Counted from the stretch's first letter, positions 1 to 13,430 are shown. The stretch is 64,000 bases of DNA from Octopus sinensis (GCF_006345805.1 NC_043003.1:112592001-112656000), one strand, 5' to 3'. A program made the numbers and translations. The notes: a model not told the origin generated them from the letters alone.

Positions 1-1388
1 TTGCACTCTGCTGTCATAACCCCTCAGAGTCTTTCCAGTGAGATGCACAAGTCACCACACCGTAACAAGGAATGAACCTAGCGGTAGTCAAACCACATGA
101 ATCAGTCTAAAACACAGAAGGGTAGGATTCTTTAAATAATCTAGGCTTCGGTACGCCATGTAATCGATGATAGGCAAAAATAGGAAGTACATGGGATTAC
201 ATTACCCATCAGTGTCATTTCATATTTTAAACAAAATATAGTTTGACCTTAGGGTGACTTGGTTGCTATTTCCAAAAAATCAAGTGACCATAACAGTTCA
301 CCTTCGTTCTTCTGCCAAGATTACCGCTCCTTCATATTTAGAGTTGAATTAATTTTGTTGATGCGTCAAATTTTTTCAATATGTTTTGGGGTTAAACAAG
401 GAAAGCGAGGTATACAGAAATGTAAAGTGCGCTAATTAAATATATATCAACATGACAGTGCTACATGGAGTACTTCATCTTCTTCGCTGATCTTGCAGAA
501 TTATATTTTTATTTTTATTTTCCATACACAGTATAACTAGGATAGTGTCAGTTCCCATATATTTGCAAGGTAGAAACGTGTGATCGAAGGGAGATTTGGC
601 TCTTACTCTTAGTAGGTCAATGCGTTGTATAAGCGATAAAATAAGTGATTATATAATTGGAGAGAGTCATCTAAGGATGCAAAGAGGTGTAACTAAATAT
701 TTAGAGTGTTTCGCTACATCACATTGCATTCTGAGTTCAAATCTCGATACTTCGTTTTGTTATTCACCGTTCTAAGCATCGACTTAGTCGTTCAGCCTTA
801 TGGAAAAGATATAATAATATACCAGCTCTTGCAGGAGGTACACAACCAAATGCATTCCAGTTGAAACCATCCCGACTGTTTGATGTACATAAGACTAGTA
901 CCATTTCACTATTTTAAAGATAGTATCACGTGATATTATAATGTGGCATGAAGAATCTTGTTGGTTTCATTTGATGTTCCCATAAAATATCTATCACACA
1001 CTTGGGTCGATAATCCTTTTTTTCCACAGATGTGTGCCTTTGTATTAGTTACGTGCAATGCTTCTTAGGGTACCTTTCTATTTCACATTAAAGGAATTAA
1101 TAAAATGAGTATATCATATTATTAATTCTGCTTATTCCTTCCTTAGTTACTTAGTTCGTCCGTCCGTTACGCTCTTCATATAATATACATAATATGATCT
1201 TAATATGCTAATAGCTACGTGTGTATGTACGTCTCTGACATGTGTGTCACGCTTAGTTAAAAGAAAGAGGTAAAAATAAATCAAAGACTGGAATGGAGAG
1301 GGAGAGAAAGAGAGAGAGGGGGGATGACAGTGCTTTTAAATGTTTATAAGTATTTTCAGAGTATACAGATATATAGATATATTCATCA

Positions 1389-1764
1389 GAAGACAAGTAC
1401 ATTGATAAATACTTCGATGCATTGCTAAATCAAAGACAAATAACTACAGTAAATTTTCGATGTTACTTGTACTTTTCTAAACAGATTAGGGACAGAGATG
1501 TAGTGAGAGAGAAAGAGTCAGAGTGAGAGGGAGAAGGAGAGAGAGTGGTGATAGAAAGTGTGTGTGTGTGTGTGAAGCGGAAGACAAGTAGGGACATAAT
1601 ACATCGAAACATTGTTAAATCAAAGAGAAATAACCATAGTAAATTTTCGATTTTATTTTTACTTTTCGATACAGAGGAGGGATAGAGAGGTAGTGAGAGA
1701 GAAAGAGTCACAGCGAGAGCGAGAGAGAGAGTGGTGATAGAAAGTGTGTGTGTGTATGTGAACG
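1389..1764. repeat. Two tandem diverged copies of a ~190-bp unit ending in GA/GT microsatellite
   Basis: Both copies (1389-1579, 1580-1764) start gaagacaagta, share aaatcaaaga..agtaaattttcgat..gtagtgagagagaaagagtca and end gagagtggtgatagaaagtgtgtg. Confidence 0.85.
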
Positions 1765-1783
1765 TGATATTCTGTGTGTGCTT

Positions 1784-1842
<59 letters not shown>

Positions 1843-1870
1843 TAGATAGATAGATAGATAGATAGATAGA
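1784..1870. repeat. (TAGA)n microsatellite
   Basis: Direct reading. Confidence 0.95.
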
Positions 1871-2439
1871 CATATCTATACACATCTATACATACATGTA
1901 TAGATATGTGCAAACTGTAAATTGGAGATGGGATTTTTTATTTATATATCTAATGAATCAAATTTTGAAATTGAAATCAAATGTTATTCAAACGTAATCT
2001 GATTCGGACAAATATATCTATCTAATAGAATAAATGAATAAAACGAATTTTGAAATTGAAATAAAATGTTACTCAAAATGTGGAGAGTTTTATTTTTTTC
2101 GTCGCCAGTGCCACTGACTTGCGTGGGTGTGCGCGTCCAGAAACAACATGGTAACAAACTATTAATGCCTTGCTGTCTGTTGACGGGCTAAAATTACCCA
2201 CATTTTCAAACTTTTATTCCAAATAACATCAGACTCTTAATTTACGAGATAAGATAATTACCTGAGAATAATCAAAATTCAGATCCGTGTCGATACACCA
2301 AAACTGAAAACAATTCGAGCAAAATTAATGGGGGGAGATTTTGTGAATGAACGTTGAAGATCCGAAGTGCCTCAATTTTTTCTTCGTGTTTTGTATACAT
2401 ATTATCTTGTATTTCCCTTGCGATTACTAACTGCATTCA

Positions 2440-3896
2440 TCATGAAGCGACAAAGAAAACTGGAAGTTGCTTGCGCAAGAATGAAGCTCTACGGACAGAG
2501 GATACGGGAAGAACAGAGCCAGGAAATCCTAGAGAGAGACAGGCAAGGCCAGCAGCTGAGGCGAACGTCAATGGAAGGTGAACAACGCGAGGAACACCTC
2601 CAGCAAATACGAGGAGGAAATATGAATGAGGAACATCGAGCACAGAACCCCGAGTAACAGAGAAACTTATTTCAACAGAGGATGGAAAATATAAATGAGA
2701 AACAGCGTGCACAGTAATCACGAGCAGCAGAGAAACTTATCTCAGCAAAGAGCAGATAACATGAATCAACATGACAGGGTTATTTATTAGCAAAACCAAA
2801 GGGGAAGATATCGACAAAGAGTTTAAAATATGAATACTGGTGAAATTGAAAATTTAAAGAGGCATCAGATGCAGCGTGTGAGAAGACATAGGCCAGTGCT
2901 GAACAGAGCTATTGTTAATGGATCTGTGCTCTTGGGGTAGGGTGGGGGTCAACTTTAGGCAAGTCCTACTCATATTGCCAAAAGGAATTTGGGAGGCAGT
3001 TATTGAAATCTGTATTAAAAATTTTCCACTGTCGTTGAAATCATCCGACACAGATTAGCCAAAATATCAGGACAACAGAAGATAAAAGGGAATTTGTAGC
3101 ATGGCCCTTGCATTTTGGCAATTGACCATATGCAGCTCCACGATATCTTAACCTTGCTGTTGGTGATATAGAAGCGCCTCAAATTTCATGGGTTGACGGC
3201 TCTCTGGTAGGCGGTATCTTCAATAATACATCTGATGAAGTGAGAATATGCAGAATAATTCTTTCGCCAAAATAGTGAGACTGCCACCTGATCAATGAAG
3301 AAGTTTTGAGACAACATGCAGGTGAATGCCGCACCTACTATAGTACAAATACAGTTTTGACAGATGATCCTGCTGAGGCTGAGCGCTATCTATTTGAATT
3401 TCTAAACTATTTGACACCATCAGGGATGCTTCCTCATAAATTGAGTTTAAAACCCGGCTCAATAGTAATGCTATTACAGAACGGACTCTGTAATGGTACA
3501 AGACTGAAAGTGGTGGTCATTTATCAATGTTCAATCGAGGTTTCCTTTATTAGCGGCTCACTAATTGGCTGACGTGTCCTCATCCCCTGAATAAAGCTGG
3601 TTCCAAGCGACCCCAGCTTGTCATTCACCTTGAAGAGAAGTTTGCTGTCCGTTTGTCATACACCATGACTTTTAATAAGTCACAGGGTAAGACATTTGGA
3701 AAGGTGAGATTGTTCTTACCTCAGCCAGTGTTCAGTCACGGGAATATTCTAGAGCTCGTAAGCTCAGTAAGCGACATAATCTACAGCTCGCAAACGCTCA
3801 GATATAAGGGTTTAGGTGATAGTGACAGATAGACAAGTAAGGAGAAGAGGGCGAACTGTTACTAAGAACATTGTCAGCCGAGAGGTACTGACTTGA
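2440..3896 (+). mobile_element. Decayed Helitron: charged N-terminal repeats joined to a Pif1-like helicase C-terminal half
   Basis: Manual translation across frameshifts: VLLG..NFRQ..LPKGIWEAVIEICIKNFPL (from 2926), NIRTTEDKREFVAW, INEEVLRQHAGECRTYYSTNTV, EFLNYLTPSGMLPHKLSLKPGSIVMLLQNGLCNGTRL, RVLIP*IKLVPSDP, VRLSYTMTFNKSQGKT..PQPVFSHG, VTKNIVSREVLT* (TGA 3894-3896). These match Helitron Pif1 helicase motifs. ~69-bp tandem coding repeats at about 2620-2758. Confidence 0.88.
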
Positions 3897-3981
3897 ACGA
3901 GTGGAGTGTTTTCAGAAATTCTGGAGACTCTTGATTGCATTAGGTATGTGTCCTTGGTTTATATGTATACCTACATACGTA

Positions 3982-4073
3982 CATACACACACACACACAC
4001 ATATATATATAATATATATATACATAATTATATATATATCTCTATATATATATATATGTATTATATATATATA

Positions 4074-4120
<47 letters not shown>
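3982..4120. repeat. (CA)n/(TA)n compound microsatellite
   Basis: Direct reading. Confidence 0.95.
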
Positions 4121-4238
4121 TGTTATATTTCGGAATGGTCCTTTTGCTAGTTTAGCCAATAAAAACACACGCACTATATATTTGGTGTTATTTTGCTTCA
4201 GTGTTATTTATTTTTTACTTTAATCTTAATCTTATTTC

Positions 4239-4282
4239 GGCCAGAGTTCTTTCGTCACACTCCTGTGACCGCATCAGTGGTC
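4239..4282 (-). ncRNA. Hammerhead ribozyme-like motif (type I, A9C variant, CUC site)
   Basis: Minus strand: gacca-CTGATGC-g-gtcac aggagt gtgac-GAAA-g aa c-TC-tggcc. Stem II 5 bp, stem I 4/5 bp, minimal stem III. Confidence 0.5.
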
Positions 4283-4518
4283 CTTTGTTTTCTTCTTTCT
4301 TATTTGTGTCTCTCCTTACTAACCGTACTATTTAAACGTACTCTATCTCTATATATATATATATAAATATTGTACGAATTTTTCAACCTTTTCCCGAGGC
4401 GTTCTTGCTTTCTCCCCACTCTCTCTCACATTTTTGTCTTTCTTACTTTTCACTTCACTATGTCCCTGTCTCTCTTTTTTCTCGCCACTCCTTGATTCTT
4501 CAATCTATCTGCTTCTAC

Positions 4519-4558
<40 letters not shown>

Positions 4559-5156
4559 CTCTCTCCCTTCTCCCCTCCTTAATTCCTTTGTTCCTCTTTT
4601 TCTCTCCTCTCGTGACTGATTGGTCAACTGCTAGCCCATTTGCATTTGACTGTGGTCACTGCCACATCGATATTCTTCCTTCTGCTGTAAGGCTTCATTT
4701 CCACACACGCCAGCTGAATTCAATACGCCTGTTGTTATGTCCTGCTATTATTATTATAATTATTTATTTTTATTGTATTTTGTATTTATATTCGTGTAAC
4801 ATCGTCTGTTTTTCGGCCCCCGTTTTCGTATACATTCGATGCTTTTTTCCAAGGAATCTAATGCTTTTAGCTTAGTTTTTCCTTGGAGCTGGCCAGATTG
4901 GAGCAATCACAAGATTAATCAGTTGAAATTGCGAGGATGATCCGGTTCTTGACTGAGATTAAAAGGTTTCGAAAGACCCGTCCTTGTTTTTAGTATCGTC
5001 TATCTAGATGATTTGCTGTCCTTTTTTGTATCACCTAGTTGTCCGGATGTTTTGCGTTCTTGTCCCATTTTGTATTTTATCATATATATATATATATATT
5101 AAAAGAATATCTTCAAAAGATGAAACTATTTCTATGTGGCATGTATTATAGAGTTT

Positions 5157-5210
<54 letters not shown>

Positions 5211-5614
5211 TTGTCTATTGCTTTCTGTATTCATATTGGCGGAAACTGGCATGGCTCTAAGTTGGGAGGGGAGAGTACCACGTACTGATTGGCATTGGCA
5301 ATCTTTGCACTTATGGTAGACACGCCTAGGTACCTCTGTGTTGTTTATTTTCCCAGCATATGAATATTGTATGTTAAAATGGATAGATTTATTAGCTAAA
5401 ATTTAAGTATTTATAAACAAAGCAGTACAAATATACGCAGTTTTAGTATTTGCTGCCTAAGTATCTCATTCTATTATTTACGTAGAGATTTCACTTATTC
5501 CTTTTTCCAATGCGTTATTTTCATATATACACATATGTCGAAAAAGTTTGTCATTTACTCAACGTTCTATTAATCGGTTCGTGGAAATTCCACCGGTCCC
5601 GCAAGTATATATTA

Positions 5615-5793
5615 TTCTTCAACTTGTTTCAGTCATTTTGACTGAGGTCATGTTGGAGCATCGCCTTTTTAGTCGATCAGATGCGCAAGGAACCGTGTTA
5701 GCTTTAATATGTGGGTTCGAATCTAGCCGGAGTCAGTTCATCATTTTCCAGTCAATTATTTAGATAAATGCCGCTTTAAATCGGAGTGTATAC

Positions 5794-5830
<37 letters not shown>

Positions 5831-5974
5831 TAGAGAGAAATAGAAAGAGAGAGAGAGATAGATATATAGATAGATAGATTTATTGTATACAATACTTTCA
5901 TAGTTGTTTTTTCTCCGTAACTTATCAAGCCTCCGAGTTTGTTACAAATATATATATAATATATATATATATAT

Positions 5975-6028
<54 letters not shown>

Positions 6029-6090
6029 CATACTTGATTTTCCGTCTCTCAAATCCGCTCACAAAGCTTTGGTCGGCCTGGAGATATAGT
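5615..6090 (-). mobile_element. Degraded tRNA-derived SINE, family A (OR-type), with expanded internal microsatellite
   Basis: Tail reverse complement cttgtttcagtcattttgactgaggtcatgttggagcatcgcc and body tttccgtctctcaaatccgctcacaaagctttggtcggcc match the intact copies at 15475 and 24336. Confidence 0.65.
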
Positions 6091-6149
6091 AGTAGTAGTA
6101 AGACTGAACCTAAAAGGATACGATTAGTAAGGATCTAACTTTTTACGAC

Positions 6150-6531
6150 AGAGCCATGTCTAAGCTGCTGGAATGAAATTGATGTCCCAGTCAAGAGAGT
6201 GCATGTGTATTTCGGTTACATTAAAAGAGACTGATTTTGATGGAAGCTAGTTGTGTTAGAGCAGAAAAATTAGCGTTAAACATAGAATACCGTTTGGATT
6301 TGGATTGTGAGCGTAAATATTTTTAGATGAGAGTTGCTAGTTCTATTCTCCTGGTTGATATTATTAAATTTCTCATGGAAACCACTTTTAGTTAATGCAT
6401 CAAGATTCGAGTGCTTGTTGAAAATCTATTCTTTGACTGAGTTGTCGAGATATATTTGTAATTAAAGTGTTGGTGAAATGAGTAGGATGGCTGGATAGCT
6501 TTCGATGTAGTTCAAGGTATATGGGTGTATT
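6150..6531 (-). mobile_element. Penelope-like element RT thumb/linker remnant
   Basis: Minus translation [50 protein letters not shown] resembles the PLE pattern P.Y..R.SNHP...I...ISRR.S / AL..SG / WFNPPFS. Confidence 0.55.
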
Positions 6532-6706
6532 GTGTGCGTGTGTGCGTGTGTGCGTGTGTGCGTGTGTGTGTGTGTGTTTGTGTGCGCGCGCGTGCGTTTG
6601 CTTATATACGTATATAAATCTGTTTGCGATCATATATAATGTATATATATACACAAACACACACACACGCATATATATATATACATACATATATATACAT
6701 ATCCTT

Positions 6707-6745
<39 letters not shown>

Positions 6746-6840
6746 ACGTATATATACATATCCACACACACACACACATATATACATACATATCCTTATA
6801 CATATATATACATATCCACCCACACGCATATATATATATA

Positions 6841-8428
6841 TTTACAGACAGATGTAAATGACCTCAAGATTTATGCTAAAAGTTTTAATAATGTCAAAAA
6901 CCAACTGGAACTAATAACAACGTTTTCAGCTGATATAGGCATGGAATTTTGCCAAAAAAATGTTCATATTTGATTCTAGAACGAGAATAGTCAGTCACCC
7001 AAACCCAAAACCTGTGCATCAACAGTCTCTCTATATACCCCATTCCACACAAAGAAGGTTACAAGCTCTCGAAAATATTACACCCGAAAATATTACACCA
7101 GACATAGGAAAATGTGGCAGTCGGAACTTCCTTCTTGCAACAAAACAATATCCCAAAATGCATTTGCAGTACCAGTACTGGTCCCAACATTCGGGAGACT
7201 TGATTAGTCTGTAGAGGGAATCCACTCCATAGATATCTAAACCCGCAAAATCCTGACAACAACTGGGAACTTCCACAGAAACAGTGATGTCGACAGGATC
7301 TACCTCAGAAGAAATGAAGGTGGTAGAGGCCTGAGATCAGTGCAGGTGGCATTCAAACGCCGTATGGTATCGCTCAGGCAGCACCTGCTGAACAACAGCA
7401 GGAAAAATAAATATTTAAATGCATTGCTGAAAAATGAAGGGAGTAACAATGTGCGAGTTGGTAGTGAGCTCCTCAAGAAGCACTCCCTTCCTGATGATCT
7501 GCTATACGGCTCCAAAACAGCTGGGCTCTCTTACTTCGGAGAAGATCTCGATGGAAAGCATACAAAAAAGACTATGCATGGTTATGTTGCCCAGAAGCTT
7601 GAAGAAGCCACTCTTGGACTCAAGATATCTACATTACATCACACTTTGAAGGCTATGCATTTTCAATCCAGAAACATGTGATTGCCACAAAGTACCTGTT
7701 GAACACGAGAGACAGTGACGCTCTTGCAATCCCAAGGTGCAAACTCATGTGTAGGTTACGTCATGTTTCTGTGGAGCACATCACGCATGTGATTAACAAC
7801 TGTTCTAAAATGTCGTCACGGTACTACCTCCCTCTGCAGCACGATATTGTCGTTAAAACATCTTACAATGCCATCCGCATAAAATACTGCCTTGAAATAA
7901 ACTTCAAAAATCCTTTTGCTATGGAATACATTCATAAACATCAACTCAAGGAATACTGGTGGAATATTCCCATCAAAACTTCTGTCAAATGTAAGCATAA
8001 CAAGCCAGATATTGTTGTTTGGGACACAGGGGCAAAGTTGTGTACAGTCATAGAGGTCAGCTGCTCTGCAGATATAAATATCTCTTTGAAAATAAAAAAA
8101 AGGATATCTATAGACAAGTGCTTGGAAACCCACAACTTTTATATTCTGAATATGAATTCATATACATGGCAGTAATAATTGGAACACTACATTTTATTAG
8201 TAAATGCTTAAAGGAGAATCTGGATAAACTGGCATTTTCAGAAAGATAAATCGACCGGCTAATTCGTACATTACAAGTGAAATCTGTGAGTGGAACAGTA
8301 AAAATATGCAAGACATTTCTCAAATTCCAAATGTAAAATTGTTTGTGCTAACTACATCGCAAAAACAGAGTCTTGTATCTTTGTTGGAAATTGGGTCTTT
8401 CTTCAGTGGAAGATTTATAATAATTAAT
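6841..8428 (+). mobile_element. 5'-truncated R4/Dong-clade non-LTR retrotransposon (RT C-terminus, CCHC knuckle, restriction-like endonuclease), pseudogenised
   Basis: [30 protein letters not shown] (YxDD region), NAFAVPVLVPTFG, TRKILTTTGNFHRNSDVDRIYLRRNEGGRGL, CRL..VEHITHVINNC, WWNIPIKTSVKCKHNKPDIVVWD..CTVIEVSC.AD; coding ends KICKTFLKFQM* at 8336. Several frameshifts and stops. Confidence 0.9.
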
Positions 8429-8901
8429 AGAAGAGATATGCATACACATATACACACACCATACATACATATACCTATATGTGTGTGTATAATCGTGTAT
8501 ATATCCACACTTACTCATACACACGTCCACACACACATACACACGTATACACATACACAATTTTAGCAAATTGCATTCGCGACGGCCTATGTTTGGTGTA
8601 AAACATATTTGCTCAGGGTGCTGTGCAAGGTATTCGAACAATGAGCCTCGTAGTTTTAAGGATCTTGTGGGATATTTTGTATTTATTGGAAGCTGAAGAA
8701 TCATAGCAAAGCTACATTGAAGCCCTGGTTCCTGTGTATTTGCACGAACAATTATTAATGAACGCTTCCGAGTTATGACAGTGGTTATCATTAGATTCCA
8801 GCGAGCGTGACTCTATGAGTGCAGAGATCTGCAGTAGTTTGTAGGAACAATACAGTGATTCCTATACAGTAGAGAAGCATTGTTTCAACACTATAATGGA
8901 C

Positions 8902-8994
<93 letters not shown>

Positions 8995-10057
8995 TGTGGA
9001 AACATTTACCTTCACGACATATGTCGAGCAATTTATTTTTATCTACTGTTTACATATACGTAAGTCGAGTTTTGTGTGGGGGAACGTTTGTGAGTGGCCA
9101 TTTACGCATGTGTGTTGTATGTAGGTTTGCCTCTGTGTGTGTCTGTGTGTATGTGTGTGTGCGTGTGTGTGCTCCGTTTCCACGGAGCATTAATCTCTCT
9201 GAAATAGTAGTGCTGGTATTTCGAAACAGTTTAAAATTAGCCTATGAAATCCTTCAATAATTTTATGCTAAACCGTTCTTGCTTATTGAAGATATTCCTT
9301 GCTGTATGAATTAACCTGAAAACATCTCCGTGCTTGTTACCGGACTCTGACCCCTTGTGCACCAGCATGGTAAACTTGGACAAATCTACTACTAGTTCAA
9401 AATTATAACGATTTACATCAAATTTAACTGTAGAAGTGAGAATATTGAAAATCCAACGTTAAAGTCAATGCCAAATCAAGTGTGAAGAGCAAAACTTCAC
9501 ATCTTAATACATGTAAGTAAATAAGCAGGTTTGATGTAACTCACCTTTTCCGAAATACATCAGTAGCTCAAATAACTAACAATTCATTGCGAGTCAAGGA
9601 TAATACTTGTGTGTGTGCGTGTATGTGTGTATACGTTTGTCAATATGAAAGTTTATTATTGAAAATAGAATTTTCAAAAGTATATTGCTCAAGGAAGAAT
9701 CGAATACATTTCACTTAAACCTATGCTTCTAAAACAGCATTTGATGTTATAGTATATAAGCAACTGCCGTTTTATTTAGACTTTGGTATTACATGAAATA
9801 TTTTATGAAAATATTCTGTAAAAAGAGAATCACTATGTTTAGGGGAAATAATTAAAGGGGAAATTTTCTCTGCAACTGTACAGATAATCAATACGACGTT
9901 ACAATGCAAATTATAAGACACCGACTCCTACGACAATCCTTCTTCAATTCATATATATGTATATATATATGCATTATATATATATGGATATATACATACA
10001 TATATATGTGTATGCATATATAATATATATATATATATAATATATATATATATATAT

Positions 10058-12217
10058 GTATTCTTGTTTTATTTTCTCGTTTTGTAACTAATTGTACTTT
10101 TTGTACATGTAATTTTTATTTTGCAGTTTTATTGTTTGTCTATGCCAGAAAAAAGGCTTTTTCGTTCGTCCTCTTGTGTTTGTTTTTGTACATGTATTTT
10201 AATTTTGCAGTCTTATTGTTACGTCTTGTTTGTGTTCGTACTCATTGTGCCCCTGCTTGAAATTTTATTTTAATTCTCTCGCAGGAAGGCCTATTGGATT
10301 AGTGTTCTGTTATGCCTTCAAACAATGCTGACTCCTCTAGCGACAGCTGATGACGGGGGTTTTGTCCTTGTGTAACCTGTCCTGTATTTGTTTTTCGTTT
10401 TCCGTTTTCTTGTTTTTGGTTTTTGGCTTTTTCCGTTTCTACGTCTTATTGTGATGTCCTGTACTTCCGTATATTATTTATATATGCATGTATATATCAT
10501 GTAGATGTAGGTACGTACATATATGTTTGTATGTATGCATATTTTTTATTTATCTCCTTATTGTCTGACAGCGCCCCGCATCAGGTTCGTTCCGATTCGT
10601 CGTTTCGATCCACTTCTTGGTCCCCTTTTTTTATATTAATATTATTATATTGAAGATGCGGTACTCTCTCCCTTTGCTTTAACCTCTTCAATCTTTCTCC
10701 CTCCCCTTCCTCCTCTCTCTTCGCCGCGTGTCCCCCTCCTCCTTCCCTCTTCCTTGCCTATAAAACAAAATTCCTTTACACGTGGTTCCCACTATTGAAA
10801 AGACTGCCTCCACGCGCTGCTACTACACTTTCGTCCTTGCCAGCAAAAGCTTCTTCGTTCGTCCCCTTGTGTGGTTAATTTCCTGTATAGTATTCTTTAT
10901 TTTCTCGTTTTGTAACTAATTGTACTTTTTGTACATGTATTTTTATTTTTGCAGTTTTATTGTTTGTCTATGCAGAAAAAAGGCTTTTTCGTTCGTCCTC
11001 TTGTGTTTGTTTTTGTACATGTATTTTAATTTTGCAGTCTTATTGTTACGTCTTGTTTGTGTTCGTACTCATGTGCCCCGCTGCTTGAATTTTATTTTAA
11101 TTCTCTCGCAGGAAGGCCTATTGGATTAGTGTTCTGTTATGCCTTCGAAACATGCCTGACTCCTCTAGCGACAGCTGATGACGGGGGTTTTGTCCTTGTG
11201 TACCTGTCCTGTATTTGTTTTTCGTTTTCCGTTTTCTTGTTTTTTGTTTTTTGGCTTTTTCCGTTTCTACGTCTTATTGTGATGTCCTGTACTTCCGTAT
11301 AATTATTTTATATGCATGTATATATACATGTAGATGTAGGTACGTACTATATGTTTGTATGTATGCATATATTTTTATTTATCTCCTTATTGTCTGACAG
11401 CGCCCCGCATCAGGTTCGTTCCGATTCGTCGTTTCGATCCACTTCTTGGTCCCCTTTTTTTATATTAATATTATTATATTGAAGATGGTACTCTCTCCCT
11501 TTGCTTTAACCTCTTCAACTTTCTCCCTCCCCCTCCTCCTCTCTCTTCGCCGCGTGTCCCCCTCCTCCTTCCCTCTTCCTTGCCTATAAAAAAAATTCCT
11601 TTACACGTGGTTCCCACTATTGAAAAGACTGCCTCCACGCGCTGCTACTACCTTTCGTCCTTGCCAGCAAAGGCTTCTTCGTTCGTCCCCTTGTGTGGTT
11701 AATTTCCTGTATAGTATTCTTTTATTTTCTCGTTTGTAACTAATTGTACTTTTTGTACATGTATTTTTATTTTTGCAGTTTTATTGTTTGTCTATGCAGA
11801 AAAAAGGCTTTTTCGTTCGTCCTCTTGTGTTTGTTTTTGTACATGTATTTTAATTTTGCAGTCTTATTGTTACTCTTGTTTGTGTTCGTACTCATTGTGC
11901 CCCGCTGCTTGAAATTTTATTTTAATTCTCTCGCAGGAAGGCCTATTGGATTAGTGTTCTGTTATGCCTTCGAAACATGCCTGACTCCTCTAGCGACAGC
12001 TGATGACGGGGGTTTTGTCCTTGTGTAACCTGTCCTGTATGTGTTTTTTCGTTTTCCGTTTTCTTGTTTTTTGTTTTTTGGCTTTTTCCGTTTCTACGTC
12101 TTATTGTGATGTCCTGTACTTCCGTAATAATTATTTATATATGCATGTATATATACATGTAGATGTAGGTACGTACATATATGTTTGTATGTATGCATAT
12201 ATTTTTATTTATCTCCT
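10058..12217. repeat. 2.6 tandem copies of an ~830-bp T-rich unit (10058-10889, 10890-11713, partial 11714-12217); possibly a PLE pseudo-LTR array
   Basis: Copies are near-identical and differ mostly by 1-bp indels. Shares short motifs (tttcgttttccgtt, atgcctgact) with the hammerhead-bearing region at 59766-60110. Confidence 0.9.
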
Positions 12218-12239
12218 ATATATATGTATGTATTTATGG

Positions 12240-12945
12240 ATATAGGACGTCACAGAAGGTGAGCAACATGAAATACGAAGACAAACTTGGGTATACAAGC
12301 AACGAGAGAAACAAATGGAAAAGAAGACAAGTAACATAAAGAAGGACCCTTCACTGGTTGTCGGCTGTCCATCTACTCGTTTCGAGCAATTAACGACAAT
12401 ATGAAGCTTCGAAAGACAGTTGCTCCACCGAACCAAAATATAATTAGGGATTTGCGGAGGGTCACACTGAGTAACAAAAACAGGACAGTGGAGACATTCA
12501 ACAAACAAAACGATTAGAAATTTCACTTGTTGTTGATCTGTAACAATTCTCCCTTGTTTATTTAGTTGCCTGATGAGTCGGGAGTTATGTAACATATGCA
12601 ATGTAACTCTTTTCTCCGCATTGTGCTTATCTCGTGATAAAGATTCCTAATGAAACAACCGTAGCAATGCCAGATAATGCATTCCTTTGTTTTATTTTAG
12701 ATTTACGTCACGCTTAACTTTCCATTTATCGTCAGATAATTTTAGATATTTTGGATACTATTAGAATTGTGGATTTCCTAACAACAGTGACCTTTCTTCA
12801 TCGATGCATCCTGTGCTGAAATAATAGGTAATTTGACTTTGTTTTGGTCATTCCATCAGGCCAATTGTGGAGTTCTTCACCTTGACTTGACTTGATCATT
12901 TATTGATAACCTGTAATATATATATTATATATATATATATAGATA

Positions 12946-12984
<39 letters not shown>

Positions 12985-13430
12985 TATATATATGAATATA
13001 TATATATGAATATATATATATATATACAGATATATATATATATATATATCTATATATATATATATATATATAATATGTATATATATATATGAATATATAT
13101 GTGTATATACATATAAATATATATATATATATATATTATATATATGAACCAACCTTTTACCAGGAAATATTAACATTGACTTTTGAAATTTCAACTTGTT
13201 GGCATTTGGCATACTACTTGCTAAATTTGCGTTAGTTTTGGTTTCAGAAAATCTTTCGCACGTTGTTCTTTGATTGTGGGAGTTGTACGTGGATCCATGT
13301 CAAAGGGTAATTTGGCTTGGTGATAATTTGGTTAGTTGGAGTTACTTACTTCTCCGGCTTACATCCGTATACCCTCAATAAATATATGAACATCAGCATT
13401 CCGTACAATTTCACAAAAAGGTGGAACATT
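12240..13430 (-). mobile_element. Highly decayed Penelope-like remnant split by a (TA)n array
   Basis: Weak minus-strand matches in the expected order: [17 protein letters not shown] (linker-like), then LSDDKWKVK and LNKQG..KFL (GIY-YIG C-terminus-like), then a T-rich LTR-like end. Confidence 0.35.

Noticed and set aside
4940-4990. ctgagat..ttcgaaagacccgtc resembling hammerhead boxes; similar partial motifs near 12360-12420, 26245 and 28975
   Set aside because: The CUGANGA or GAAA box is missing and the stems do not close.
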